Assembly: GCA_016212525.1 (NCBI GenBank)
Contig: JACRGD010000007.1
Location: 15,112 to 79,111 of the forward strand
Source of the DNA: Candidatus Micrarchaeota archaeon
Lineage (GTDB): Archaea; Micrarchaeota; Micrarchaeia; Anstonellales; Bilamarchaeaceae
Length of the DNA stretch: 64,000 nt
Direction of reading: 5' to 3'
Part shown: positions 18,746 through 29,051 of the stretch, one piece after another
How the letters are laid out: each line of letters begins with the position of its first letter
Position numbering within the stretch: the first letter of the stretch is position 1
The notes under the pieces: generated by a model
Told to the model about the DNA's origin: nothing
The model's database searches: none
What the model saw: the letters and a program-made list of their open reading frames with translations, nothing else
Translations under genes and position numbers: made by a program

Positions 18746-18834
18746 GACTAGCTATGCCGAACTAGCTATTAAATATCTTTCTATGGAATACTCTTGTTAC
18801 AACTGTTTTAAGATTACTTTAAGGAGTGAATTTG

Positions 18835-19023
18835 ATGGCAATAGAAACATGTGAATTAACAGGCACCCAGAGCGCAAAGCTTGTAAAGTGCAACTACTGC
18901 TCAAAGAAGATCTGCATGGCAGCAGTAAAAAGCCAGAAGAGAAAGGAAGTTGGAATAAGATACATTTGCAAAACATGCTGGTGCAGCATGGCAAAGAGAG
19001 GCGCATATAAAAGCGCCAAGTAA
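18835..19023 (+). CDS. small zinc-finger protein
   Basis: CELT, CNYC, IC, CKTC in ~62 aa; AGGAGTGA RBS. Confidence 0.7.
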   Translation: MAIETCELTGTQSAKLVKCNYCSKKICMAAVKSQKRKEVGIRYICKTCWCSMAKRGAYKSAK

Positions 19024-19145
19024 TCTTAAATTAAACTCGATATTCTTTTTATAATTTCTTGATCAGAACTGAGCAAAGGCTAATTTTAGGGGGCATTCAA
19101 AGAGCCCAAACACACTACTATTAAAGTCTAATTCGAAAATAACTA

Positions 19146-20090
19146 ATGGAAGAACTTGATTTTGCCACTGCATTTCCTTTTTCGGAGGGGGCAAAAAAAT
19201 ATATTTCTAATTCTCTCATAAACGAGAAGGTCATAGAGATCGCCATAGAGAGAATAAAACGTGGAATGGCTGGTGAAATTAGAACAACAGCACTATTTTC
19301 CGAAAATGATAAAATCGAGTGGATAGCGTCGTTTGCAACAGCGAGAATGATACTTGGATTTCTAAAGAACTCAAACATAACCAATCGATTCGCAGTAACT
19401 GAATCGAAAATAGCGCGCTCAATGCTCGATAAGATAGATGAAAAGACAGTGGAACGAGTTGGAGAGATATTTGGAATAACCACAATAAACGACGGTAAAA
19501 ACATAATAATTGATATGTGCGCCTTTTTGAAGAACAGTCCCCGATCAATCGATTACAAACTGATAAACAGAAAGCTGACCGGCGGGAGAATGGAAATTAA
19601 GGCCAGCGAAAAGAGAAGACTGATTGAAGAAGCAATAAGAAAACGAATCGAAATCATACCGCTTGTCAAAGACCCACCTCAGGAAATAAAGGCCGCTGCA
19701 AGCAGAATAGATGCACTAGTACCCAAGAGTTCGACAACAGTTGTCATAAAGGTCGATAATCACCCGCCATGCATTGCCAAACTCCTAGAGGGGGCTAAAA
19801 ATCACATAAATCTGAATCATCAGGCAAGATTCTACCTTGCAACATACTTAACCGGAATAAACGTATCTGAGGACGACATAACAAAGATATACTCGGATTT
19901 GCCAGATTTTAACGATAGAATAACAAGATACCAGATAGGTCAGATAAAAAAGAAAGGGTACACCACGCCCTCATGTGCCACAGTCATGACTTATGGCCTT
20001 TGTTGTGCAGTCTGTAAGATAGGAAGTCCGCTAAACTGGCACAAACTATCCAAAGATCGAAAAGAGGAGATAATCAATGGATCAAAATGA
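19146..20090 (+). CDS. priL: DNA primase large subunit
   Basis: PPCI, L.HQARF.LATYL, PSC FeS-domain motifs; overlaps priS. Confidence 0.9.
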   Translation: MEELDFATAFPFSEGAKKYISNSLINEKVIEIAIERIKRGMAGEIRTTALFSENDKIEWIASFATARMILGFLKNSNITNRFAVTESKIARSMLDKIDEKTVERVGEIFGITTINDGKNIIIDMCAFLKNSPRSIDYKLINRKLTGGRMEIKASEKRRLIEEAIRKRIEIIPLVKDPPQEIKAAASRIDALVPKSSTTVVIKVDNHPPCIAKLLEGAKNHINLNHQARFYLATYLTGINVSEDDITKIYSDLPDFNDRITRYQIGQIKKKGYTTPSCATVMTYGLCCAVCKIGSPLNWHKLSKDRKEEIINGSK

Positions 20091-21171
20091 ACGAAAATTT
20101 GCATCCGAGGTATTTTCAGAATATTACAAAGGCGCGAAAATAGAGATACCCAAAATCGAACAGCGAGAGTTCGGCTTTGGGAACATAAAGAAGATAGATG
20201 CAAGACATCTGAGTTTTGGAACTCGGGAAGAATTTAGAAAATACCTGGTAAATAACACGCCCCTGTTCGTTTCGCATTCGGCATCATATTATGAATTTCC
20301 ATCAGGAACGCCGATGGTGAGAAAGGGATTTCTTGGAGCAGACCTGGTTTTCGACCTGGACATTCACGCCGAGGGAAAATATGGTGCATACGAAAAACTC
20401 GAAGCGGTCAAATCAGATGCAGTACGACTCTTGAAAGATTTTATAATGGGCGACTTTGGAGTCAAAAAGGAAAACCTCATAGTCGTCTTTTCGGGAAATC
20501 GGGGATACCACATCCACATAAGAGACGAACGATTTCGAAGTCTAATGGGGGAAGAAAGACGAGAGCTGGTGGATTATGTAATGGGAAATGGACTTAACTA
20601 TCGTGAGTTTTTTAGTCTTAGTGATACTAAACCGCAAAGACTACTTGGACCAACTCCATCAGAAGGCGGATATCGGGGCAGATTCGCAAAAGAGACAATA
20701 CGGGCAGTCCGGGAAAAACCATCAACGATCTCAAAAACACTAAAGGAAGATAAACTCGAATTTTTCATAAAAGGAATAGAGGAGGGAAACTGGAGCAGAA
20801 CCTCCATTGCATACGAAGATGTAATAAAGAGGCTCGGCGCAATCGCACAAACTCTGCCAGTTAGTAGCGTTGACACGGATGCCGGAGTAACCCAGGATCT
20901 AAGTAAACTTATCCGGGTACCCAACAGTATACATGGAGAAACTGGATTCATAGCACGAGTCATAGACATAGCAAATCTCGAAAATTTCGATCCTTTTAAC
21001 GATGCACTGGTAAATGATAAAAAAAGTATCAAGATCGAATTTTTAGAGGATGTACCAGAATTGAGATTTAGAAAAGAGACAGTTGGAAAGTTCAAAAAAG
21101 GAGACATTGCCGAATTTGAGACTCCGATTTCCATGTTTTATCTGTTAAAATCAAGCGCAAAGATGAGATAG
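20077..21171 (+). CDS. priS: DNA primase catalytic subunit
   Basis: REFGF, DLVFDLD, FSGNRGYH, LIRVPNSIHG. Confidence 0.95.
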   Translation: MDQNERKFASEVFSEYYKGAKIEIPKIEQREFGFGNIKKIDARHLSFGTREEFRKYLVNNTPLFVSHSASYYEFPSGTPMVRKGFLGADLVFDLDIHAEGKYGAYEKLEAVKSDAVRLLKDFIMGDFGVKKENLIVVFSGNRGYHIHIRDERFRSLMGEERRELVDYVMGNGLNYREFFSLSDTKPQRLLGPTPSEGGYRGRFAKETIRAVREKPSTISKTLKEDKLEFFIKGIEEGNWSRTSIAYEDVIKRLGAIAQTLPVSSVDTDAGVTQDLSKLIRVPNSIHGETGFIARVIDIANLENFDPFNDALVNDKKSIKIEFLEDVPELRFRKETVGKFKKGDIAEFETPISMFYLLKSSAKMR

Positions 21172-21254
21172 ATCAAGAATAGCGCACAGAAGCAGAACCC
21201 GAAACAGATAATAAAATAAGAAAATAACAAGAAAAGAGAATTAAAAACTAGAAA

Positions 21255-21647
21255 TTATTTTGATTGGGCCTTACCGATCTGAATTCTTGGAGGAATTAGA
21301 GGAGCAGTAAGTCCAACTACACGAGCAAGAAGAGTACCATTTGCACTTCCGCTGTAATTAACTGCACTCAATATGACTTCTGCATAAGAGTCAGGAACTT
21401 TTTTGCTTTTCTTCCAAGTATCAATAATTTCTTTGGAAAGCTTTGCATCTTCCTTAGCAAGAAGAACGCCAGTTATTTTTAGTTCCCCGGCTGCTTCTTC
21501 GTAAGTAGCATGATAAGAGTATTTTATCTCTAATTCTTCCCCAGACATCGTTATGTCTTCAAGAGCAATATTAATACTTAGACCAGCAATAGGTAGTTTG
21601 TAGTCTCGTTTTCCACTAACTTCTAAGATTCTTTCGCCAACAATCAT
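21255..21647 (-). CDS. conserved archaeal hypothetical protein
   Basis: 130-aa ORF with GAGGAG RBS; C-terminal L..PLIPPRI. Confidence 0.75.
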   Translation of the reverse strand: MIVGERILEVSGKRDYKLPIAGLSINIALEDITMSGEELEIKYSYHATYEEAAGELKITGVLLAKEDAKLSKEIIDTWKKSKKVPDSYAEVILSAVNYSGSANGTLLARVVGLTAPLIPPRIQIGKAQSK

Positions 21648-21773
21648 TTTATCTCCTCTTATTTTTAGTAAGTAGAGTTAGACAAGAAGGTATTAAAAAT
21701 AATAACAGAAACCACAGAAGAGATATAAAGTAAAATATAGTGGAACCACTACCAAAACAGAATGAACAAAGAG

Positions 21774-21848
21774 TAGCGGGGAGTAGATTTGAACTACCGG
21801 TCTCTGGGTTATGAGCCCAGCGGGAACTCCAAGCTTCCCTACCCCGCT
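21774..21848 (-). tRNA. initiator tRNA-Met(CAT)
   Basis: A1-U72 pair, three G-C pairs in anticodon stem (GGG-CT-CAT-AA-CCC). Confidence 0.93.
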
Positions 21849-21988
21849 ATCAAAATTGGAATTTAGTTAACACTAGCTGATTTTCATAAGCTTAGTAAAC
21901 AGTATTTTGGGCTAAATGTTTATAATCCGAGTACATTACAACAATGGCAGGAAATTTAATAGACGGAAATAAACCAGAGAAAAGGAGG

Positions 21989-22390
21989 TCAGAGTTCTTT
22001 ATCTTTTCCTAGAGCAACCCTCTGGGCAATTTTTCTTACTGCCTCACGTTCGGCATCTCCAATCACACTTTCCGTGTCGGTTCTGAATTTGGCATTATGG
22101 TAATAGTAACCGGCAATGAACATAATCATCGCAAGACAAACCAGCACGAAAGGCATGCCAATAGTAAATAAAGGCAGTATGAACGTGAGAAGATCATTTC
22201 TTATACCAAAAATCTGGCTGGGAGTATCAAGACCACAAGCTGCAAGCTTTTGAGAGTCAGAAGATGCAAGAAAATCAAGAGTACCAAGTAGAACTTTTTG
22301 AGAATAGGCAAATACCACATAAGAACACGAGAGAATAATTAGAACTCCAAGAACAGTGAAAAAATAGCTAACCCAGCCTTCCTTTTTCAT
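21989..22390 (-). CDS. hypothetical membrane protein (2 TM)
   Basis: MKKEGW start, two hydrophobic segments. Confidence 0.7.
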   Translation of the reverse strand: MKKEGWVSYFFTVLGVLIILSCSYVVFAYSQKVLLGTLDFLASSDSQKLAACGLDTPSQIFGIRNDLLTFILPLFTIGMPFVLVCLAMIMFIAGYYYHNAKFRTDTESVIGDAEREAVRKIAQRVALGKDKEL

Positions 22391-22478
22391 AAAACCACAC
22401 AGAGATATTAAAGAGTAGCTAAAATAAATATTAGCTAGGCAAGATATCAGATATAAAAACAAGAAAGGACGTGAAAAT

Positions 22479-22700
22479 ATGGCCGGAGCACAGATAGAAA
22501 GAAGAGGAAGAGAACAGGAACCTGAGCCAGACAATCTGGCCATGAGAATGGTACCAGTAAAGAATGTCATGGCTGCAAATTATGATAGACAAACAGTTCA
22601 GGCAGTTTCAGTGGCAAGCGCAGCTTATGATCAGCTAACTCAAAGTCCTGCAGTAAGAAGGGCAATGTCAGGAAGCGGACTTGAAAGAATATTTGGGTGA
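22479..22700 (+). CDS. hypothetical protein
   Basis: 73-aa ORF, tandem with the next ORF. Confidence 0.55.
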   Translation: MAGAQIERRGREQEPEPDNLAMRMVPVKNVMAANYDRQTVQAVSVASAAYDQLTQSPAVRRAMSGSGLERIFG

Positions 22701-22704
22701 AAGC

Positions 22705-22941
22705 ATGAAAACACAAGCAGAACTACTTAAAATCTTTAGAGATTGTAAAGTCCAATACGCAAAGGACAAGACGCAGAACACATATAGTGTAAAAATAATG
22801 CTTAGCAACAAACCTCAGATAGTAACTGTAAGAGTAGGCGAGAAATTCACAGAATTATCACTCGCAGACCAAGACGGAAATGTTCTGGAAATTTTACGAC
22901 AGGAAGAGAAGAAAGGAGTTACATTCACTAAAGTTGCATAA
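22705..22941 (+). CDS. hypothetical protein
   Basis: 78-aa ORF with GGTGA RBS. Confidence 0.6.
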   Translation: MKTQAELLKIFRDCKVQYAKDKTQNTYSVKIMLSNKPQIVTVRVGEKFTELSLADQDGNVLEILRQEEKKGVTFTKVA

Positions 22942-22979
22942 GACCAGACAACATGGGAAAAATAGATGCGGTGTAAGAT

Positions 22980-23645
22980 ATGGATCAGGAAGGTTCTTCG
23001 AAAATAAACGCAGCAAAGGGTGCCCTTGAATATGTAAAAGATGGTATGTGCGTAGGCCTTGGAAGCGGCAGCACAGCCAAAGAATTCATCAGACTCCTTA
23101 GTAAAAAGGTTCGCAGCGACAGATTAGATATTTCCTGTGTAACCAGCTCATTTGATTCTCGAATGCTCGCAATAAAAGAAGGACTATTTGTTACAGAAAC
23201 AGATGCGATTGAGAGGATTGATCTGACAGTAGATGGCGCAGACACAGTAACCAAAACAGCACTTCTAAAAGGAGGAGGCGGGGCACTGACACGGGAGAAG
23301 ATAATCGCATATAATTCCAAGAAGTTTATAGTTATAGTTGATGAAACCAAAATCTGCAGAGGGACATTACAAGGAGAAGTCAATATCGAAGTCCTGCCTT
23401 TTGCAGCACCTCTGGTAATGAAAGAGCTTATCAAATATCAACCCAGCATAAGAATGGCCAGGGCTAAACTGGGCCCCGTAATAAGTGATAACGGATGTTT
23501 CATTCTAGACTGCCAGATGAAGCTTGAGAACCCCAAGAACATGGAGAATTGGCTAAAGAGCATACCTGGAGTCATCGAAAACGGAATATTTACGAAATTT
23601 GATAAAATAATTATCGGGAATGAAAAGGGATATCGCACATTCTAA
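22980..23645 (+). CDS. rpiA: ribose-5-phosphate isomerase A
   Basis: GLGSGST, DGAD, KGGGGALTREK. Confidence 0.95.
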   Translation: MDQEGSSKINAAKGALEYVKDGMCVGLGSGSTAKEFIRLLSKKVRSDRLDISCVTSSFDSRMLAIKEGLFVTETDAIERIDLTVDGADTVTKTALLKGGGGALTREKIIAYNSKKFIVIVDETKICRGTLQGEVNIEVLPFAAPLVMKELIKYQPSIRMARAKLGPVISDNGCFILDCQMKLENPKNMENWLKSIPGVIENGIFTKFDKIIIGNEKGYRTF

Positions 23646-23663
23646 AACAAAAAGGAATCAAAA

Positions 23664-24143
23664 ATGATCAAAATAAGTGAGCAGATCAAAAAGGAGTTAA
23701 AAAAACCCTTAGGCAGACTGGTTCAGATCCAAGACATAATTAGAATGAACAACAAGGGCCTCAAGATCATAACAATAGGAGACGTATGTACAATAGAGCT
23801 ATTAAAACATGGAATCCTACCCACACTGGCAGTGTTCGATTACAAAACCAAAAGGACCCAAATAGATCAGAAAGACGAGGAAATTTTGAGGATGAGTTTT
23901 GGCAAAGTGATGAAAATCAAAAACCCTCCCGGAATGATAAATAAACAAATAATAAAAGACGCTCGCAAGCTCATCGAAAATGGAGGCGCGATACAAATTG
24001 ATGGGGAGGAAGATCTCACAGCATTACCTTTGATACTCAATCTTGAAAACGAAGTGCTTGTTTATGGTCAGCCCAACGTAGGAATGGTGGCAGTAGAAAA
24101 AGACGAAAAACTCAATAGAAAGATAGAAAAATGGCTAAAATAA
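23664..24143 (+). CDS. GTP-dependent dephospho-CoA kinase (DUF359)
   Basis: LKKPLG, IGD, NPPG, DGEEDL, YGQPN. Confidence 0.88.
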   Translation: MIKISEQIKKELKKPLGRLVQIQDIIRMNNKGLKIITIGDVCTIELLKHGILPTLAVFDYKTKRTQIDQKDEEILRMSFGKVMKIKNPPGMINKQIIKDARKLIENGGAIQIDGEEDLTALPLILNLENEVLVYGQPNVGMVAVEKDEKLNRKIEKWLK

Positions 24144-24184
24144 GAGATGATGAACAATAAATAAAGAAAATAAATAAAGAGAGA

Positions 24185-24379
24185 TTATGAGTTGCTTTTT
24201 GTTATCGCGCTTAAGGAAACAAAGAGCGAGAGCGTAATGAGAATTCCGATTCCAAGCCTGATCATATCAGAAAGACCTGGAATCAAAGAAGTTCCAAGAA
24301 GCGTAACTCCTGCACCAAGAGCAGCAGACACTATAAATAAACCAACGTTCTTTGCAGTACTTCCCATGAAATTATGCAC
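24185..24379 (-). CDS. small 2-TM membrane protein
   Basis: Two hydrophobic helices; true start may be MGSTAK at 24367. Confidence 0.6.
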   Translation of the reverse strand: MHNFMGSTAKNVGLFIVSAALGAGVTLLGTSLIPGLSDMIRLGIGILITLSLFVSLSAITKSNS

Positions 24380-24626
24380 CAGTAGTTGGAGTTGTAGTCT
24401 TTGAAACGACTATTACGTCTCCAACAGAGCGGACATTTTCATATTTGATACTCTTTTGTCGCAATGCATCGCGTGCAGCATCTTTTGCATTCGGTAGAGG
24501 AACCAAGAGAATTCTTGCAACGTTACCCGTTTCCAAATCCAAGATAAAATCTTCTGCCTTGCCTACAAAGAGACCAGAGTCAGTGAAGATTTCCATGTCG
24601 TAGAGCTTCGATAGTTTTGTTGCCAT
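24372..24626 (-). CDS. PRC-barrel domain protein
   Basis: LY.MEIFTDSG.FVG...D..LD...G, V.SVGDVIVV. Confidence 0.85.
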   Translation of the reverse strand: MATKLSKLYDMEIFTDSGLFVGKAEDFILDLETGNVARILLVPLPNAKDAARDALRQKSIKYENVRSVGDVIVVSKTTTPTTGA

Positions 24627-24688
24627 ATAAAGTCACCTGCCCAAGTATTGCAAACAGAATTAAAAAACCTTTCTCTTACGGCTAAAGC

Positions 24689-25351
24689 ATGGATCGTGCA
24701 ACTGCAGTATATCTTGCATATGTCGGATTTTTTGTCATTCTTATGGGAATCATATTCGCAATCCCGTATCTTGCATTTAATAACGATGTGAATTCTGCAT
24801 ATAATGCATTCTCATATGCGTGTCATCAGAAAATTTCCCGGTCCCAATGCATTTTCCAATATAGTCAAATCGAAAGAGGAACATTGCTTGGATACTCGCT
24901 TGAAGACTGCACTAGCCAGGAAGGTAAATTTATAGAGAGTCAAAGTGATCGAACTCAAATCAAAATTGTCATGAGTGATGGAATCGGGACAAAAATAGGA
25001 TATAAATTACCAGTCTGCGCGCGAGACATCGGGATCTACGGAGGCATGCTAATTGGAGCGATAGTATATCTTGGAGTTAGGAAAATAAAGAACGAGAAAC
25101 TATGGCCTCCGATATTTCTAGTCTTGTCTATGGTACCCATGGGAATCGATGGCACGACGCAATTGATTTCGGAATTAGGACTTTTGCCCTTTGTTTATGA
25201 GAGTACCAACATGATAAGACTCGCAACCGGACTTATAGCAGGAATAATCGCATCATTTTATGCCATTCCAATATTAGTTGGAGCTGTTTCTGAATCAAGA
25301 GAGAACAAAAAAATGGCGACTAATGCCTCGGAAAAGACTAAAAAACAGTAA
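24689..25351 (+). CDS. DUF2085-family membrane protein
   Basis: CHQ..SRS, PVCARDIGIY, DGTTQ, ESTNMIRLATG. Confidence 0.85.
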   Translation: MDRATAVYLAYVGFFVILMGIIFAIPYLAFNNDVNSAYNAFSYACHQKISRSQCIFQYSQIERGTLLGYSLEDCTSQEGKFIESQSDRTQIKIVMSDGIGTKIGYKLPVCARDIGIYGGMLIGAIVYLGVRKIKNEKLWPPIFLVLSMVPMGIDGTTQLISELGLLPFVYESTNMIRLATGLIAGIIASFYAIPILVGAVSESRENKKMATNASEKTKKQ

Positions 25352-25369
25352 ATTGAAGCAAAAAAGAAT

Positions 25370-26626
25370 TTAAAAATCGTCCAGACTTTTTTGTTTTTTA
25401 TCTACGGATTTTTTAGTTGCCGAGCCTGACGAATCGGAAAGAATCAGCTCTCCAAAAACACCATCATAACCTGGAACCCATTTTACATCCCCAGTTTTTA
25501 CCCGTAAAATAGAGTCGGCAATACTTGCAGAAGTCGCCAAACGAATCTTTTCTGCGTCCGATTCAAAGACAGCAAATTCGTTGCCAAAATAGCGAACCAG
25601 CTTATCATACTCCTCTTTCACGAATCTGGAGGTATCGGGTTTTTTGAGAGTCTTTGAAATGACAGTAGTTAGTGGCACAATACTCTGAAAAGGAACTGCG
25701 TCCTTGGGTTTATATCCGAATTTGCGATCGGCCAGATCAAAGACGCGGTGCATCACACCCACAGTAAGTTTCTTTTTGCAAACAGGACACATGTTTTTCT
25801 TTTGGGCTGCCTCCCAAGGAGTCATAAGAACATTGCATTTTCGATGACCATCGTAGTGATATTTTCCCTCTTCTGGATAGAATTCGTAGGTCTTTGTGAA
25901 TCCTTTTCTTGTCTTAAGTGCATCAACAATGTTTTTGAAAGTAGGCCGCTCAAGATCAAATACATTTGCCTCCCGACCCAGTTTCTCGAGACTGTGTGCA
26001 TCGCTATTTGAGACGAGAGTTATTCGATCGAGTTTGCTAAGCATCCAGTTCATTGCCGGATCACTGCTTAGACCCGTTTCCATACAAAAGATTTTGTCGG
26101 CCTTATCCTCAAACGCTTCCTCGATTGAATTAACTCCTCCGATCGATCCGAAAACGGAAAACCAGGGAGTCCAGGCGTGCGCAGGCATTATGACAATATC
26201 AGGTGAAATGGAGAACATTTCCTCTGCAAATGCAACACTTGAGATCTTGAGCATGGGCCGACCGTCTTCTTCTAGTTTACCATATTTTGCAAGCCGATCA
26301 TTTACCTGGGCGGCAATTTCGATGGATGGAACAAGAAGAATGTGATGCATTCGCTTTAGTTTTCCTTCAGAGTTATGGTAAATCACGCAAATTTCAGTCG
26401 AGAGAATGTACCGAATTCCCTTGTACGGGAATAGTCCTTCAGCATCAGCACCATCACCAAGAAGAGATTTTATCTCCGCAAAATAGGCAGGGTGAGTAAA
26501 GTCTCCAGTCGCCATTACATCGATTCCTTTTATCTTTGCACCTTCGGCAAGGCCTTCAATATCATTTCTGGGACTGGTAGCCCTTGCATATTTTGAATGA
26601 ACATGAAAATCAGCAACAATTCGCAT
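25370..26626 (-). CDS. endonuclease Q-family PHP-domain protein
   Basis: DFHVHSKY, PAHAWTP, ETGLSSD, SNSDAHS, GKYHYDGHRKC, CPVC, PGYDG. Confidence 0.9.
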   Translation of the reverse strand: MRIVADFHVHSKYARATSPRNDIEGLAEGAKIKGIDVMATGDFTHPAYFAEIKSLLGDGADAEGLFPYKGIRYILSTEICVIYHNSEGKLKRMHHILLVPSIEIAAQVNDRLAKYGKLEEDGRPMLKISSVAFAEEMFSISPDIVIMPAHAWTPWFSVFGSIGGVNSIEEAFEDKADKIFCMETGLSSDPAMNWMLSKLDRITLVSNSDAHSLEKLGREANVFDLERPTFKNIVDALKTRKGFTKTYEFYPEEGKYHYDGHRKCNVLMTPWEAAQKKNMCPVCKKKLTVGVMHRVFDLADRKFGYKPKDAVPFQSIVPLTTVISKTLKKPDTSRFVKEEYDKLVRYFGNEFAVFESDAEKIRLATSASIADSILRVKTGDVKWVPGYDGVFGELILSDSSGSATKKSVDKKQKSLDDF

Positions 26627-26739
26627 AAATAGGAAAATCGGAAATAGATATTAAGCAGGTTTCGGTTCGAGAAAGACCAGCAGACAAGGAAACTTTAACA
26701 CTGCATAGAAATAAAAAAGTGAAACTGGAGATCTGAGCC

Positions 26740-27672
26740 ATGAAACCAAAGATCATTTTGATCCTTATTGCAATGCTGTTCGCATTCTCTTATGTTTTTG
26801 CAGAAGTTCCAATGCACAATCCGGATCTGGATAAGAACTGTCCGTCTGGGTTTCAATGGAGCAGAGATACGGCATCATGCAAACAGGCAGACTGCCCAGC
26901 AGGAGCTGGAAGAACTTACACAGATGATTGCAACTGTGGTGAAGCCTGGAGCAGACCATTTAGAACGTGCTATGACTCAAAGACACCTGGACTGGCAACT
27001 AGCTGCGTAGCAGCAGGTCAGAAATGTCCTGGAGAGAAGTCCACAACACAAGCGCCAACGCAGAAAGACCAGAATTACGCTGCCTCGATCGTAAGCTTTA
27101 GTGGAGATGTAGAGTACAGCAGCGATGGAGGAGTAACATTTGCACCACTTACACAAGACGTAAAACTAAAAAAAGGGGATTACATATCAACAGGATTTGA
27201 TAGCAGAGCGACAATGGATTTTGGATATGCCAAATTGGACGTCTATCAACTAACCCAGTTTAGAATTGATGATTTCACTTCGGAGCAGAACATAAACAAA
27301 ACACAACTATATCTTCGGATCGGGGCAGTACAGCCAAGAAACCTCTCACATACAGCGGCGATAAGAAGCGATTTTTCAGTAGTAACACCAACTGCAATTT
27401 CAAGTATCAGAGGGAGTGCGATGAAGGTTGAGTACGACAATCAAACAAGCCAGACCAGAGTAACAGTTATCGAAGATGAGGCATTTGTCAAAGGAAACAA
27501 TGATCAAAATGAAATGACCCTGAGTCAGGGCGAAGTTGCGCTAATAAGCTCGGATGGAAGAGCAAAACTCAGGCCGGGAGACAGAGTTGAACCCTCCGCA
27601 CCACCGTGTTGCGCTTCGCTTATAGTCCCATCAGCCATTATAGGCATACTGTTGCTAAGAAAAAAGTATTGA
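26740..27672 (+). CDS. secreted surface protein: Cys-rich domain + FecR-like domain + C-terminal TM anchor
   Basis: Signal peptide; 8-Cys N-domain; GDYISTG..S.A, F.V.TPTA..SIRG; PPCC-hydrophobic-RKKY tail. Confidence 0.75.
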   Translation: MKPKIILILIAMLFAFSYVFAEVPMHNPDLDKNCPSGFQWSRDTASCKQADCPAGAGRTYTDDCNCGEAWSRPFRTCYDSKTPGLATSCVAAGQKCPGEKSTTQAPTQKDQNYAASIVSFSGDVEYSSDGGVTFAPLTQDVKLKKGDYISTGFDSRATMDFGYAKLDVYQLTQFRIDDFTSEQNINKTQLYLRIGAVQPRNLSHTAAIRSDFSVVTPTAISSIRGSAMKVEYDNQTSQTRVTVIEDEAFVKGNNDQNEMTLSQGEVALISSDGRAKLRPGDRVEPSAPPCCASLIVPSAIIGILLLRKKY

Positions 27673-27720
27673 GGATATAAATACTTTTGAGCAACAAATA
27701 TTAAGTTCTGAGGTTTTACA

Positions 27721-28677
27721 ATGGCTTTTGATCCAAAAAAATTTATCCCAAAATCAGTTGAAGAGATAAAGAAACAAATAGGAAACGAACAAGCGATCTG
27801 TGCTCTTTCGGGAGGAGTCGATTCATTTGTTGCAGCAACACTCGTTGCAAAGGCAGTTCCAAATCAATTACACGCAGTCTATGTTGATAATGGACTGATG
27901 CGAAAAAACGAGACGCAGAAAGTCAAAGAAGCCGCGAAAAAAGCAGGCGTAAATCTGATTGTAATAGATGCCAAAAAAAGATTCCTTGATGAACTTAAAG
28001 GAATTGACGAACCCGAGAAAAAACGAAAGACAATAGGCCGGGTTTTTGTTGAAATATTTCAGGAAGAATCCAAAAAATATAATGTGAAGGTTTTGGTTCA
28101 GGGAACGATCGCGCCAGATTGGATCGAAAGTGGCGGAATGGGCCGGGATACAATAAAAAGTCATCACAACGTAGGTGGGCTTCCACCGGGAATGCACCTT
28201 AAATTGTGTGAACCGCTGCGGGAACTCTACAAACACGAAGTAAGAATGCTCGCAAGCGAGCTTGGTCTTGGAGATGCAATAGCACAAAGACAACCATTCC
28301 CAGGCCCTGGATTGGCAGTACGAGTAGTTGGTGAAATCACAGAAGAAAAAGTAGCAATAGTTCAAGAAGCATGCGAAATTGTAGAAACTGAACTCGAGCA
28401 GGCTGCACAAAGCGGAAAAATGGAAAAACCATGGCAATATTTTGCAGCACTTTTACCATCCAAAACAGTTGGCGTACGAGGAGATGAACGAGCTTATCAA
28501 TATACCGTCGTCGTCAGAGCAGTAAAGAGTTTAGATGGCATGACCGCAAATTTCTCACACATACCATTTGATATTCTCGAGCGTATTTCCACTCGCATCA
28601 CAAACGAAATACGAACGGTTGGTCGGGTTGTTTACGACATAACAAACAAGCCACCGGGAACTATCGAAATGGAATAA
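27721..28677 (+). CDS. guaAB: GMP synthase, ATP pyrophosphatase subunit (subunit B)
   Basis: SGGVDS, IKSHHNVGG, QPFPGPGL, KPPGTIE; no glutaminase domain. Confidence 0.93.
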   Translation: MAFDPKKFIPKSVEEIKKQIGNEQAICALSGGVDSFVAATLVAKAVPNQLHAVYVDNGLMRKNETQKVKEAAKKAGVNLIVIDAKKRFLDELKGIDEPEKKRKTIGRVFVEIFQEESKKYNVKVLVQGTIAPDWIESGGMGRDTIKSHHNVGGLPPGMHLKLCEPLRELYKHEVRMLASELGLGDAIAQRQPFPGPGLAVRVVGEITEEKVAIVQEACEIVETELEQAAQSGKMEKPWQYFAALLPSKTVGVRGDERAYQYTVVVRAVKSLDGMTANFSHIPFDILERISTRITNEIRTVGRVVYDITNKPPGTIEME

Positions 28678-28704
28678 TGAGTAAGAAAAATTAGGTAAAA
28701 AAAA

Positions 28705-28983
28705 TTAAACTCGCTCTAACATTCGCTCGAATCTATTGGCTAATGCAGGAGTTGTTGGGGAGATACCCAATTCATCCATATTTCTTCGGACATCTAAAAC
28801 AGAAGAAGCAACTGCAGGAGTCCGGGCATAGTCAGCAACAGAATTCATATAATTAGAATGTGTAGTGGAAAGAGTGGTAAAACAAACTGAAACGTCAGAC
28901 TCGATCTGGGGCCTAGACGCCAAAACTCCGCGTATTGGCGGACGTTCAGAGTGAATTTCAGGAGTCCTAAATGCTTCAACCAT
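28705..28983 (-). CDS. hypothetical protein
   Basis: 92-aa ORF filling an intergenic gap. Confidence 0.55.
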   Translation of the reverse strand: MVEAFRTPEIHSERPPIRGVLASRPQIESDVSVCFTTLSTTHSNYMNSVADYARTPAVASSVLDVRRNMDELGISPTTPALANRFERMLERV

Positions 28984-29051
28984 ATAATCACAATTGCTAC
29001 GACACTAATTTACCCAGAAGATTTTATAATACTGTAGGTAAGGTCATATTC

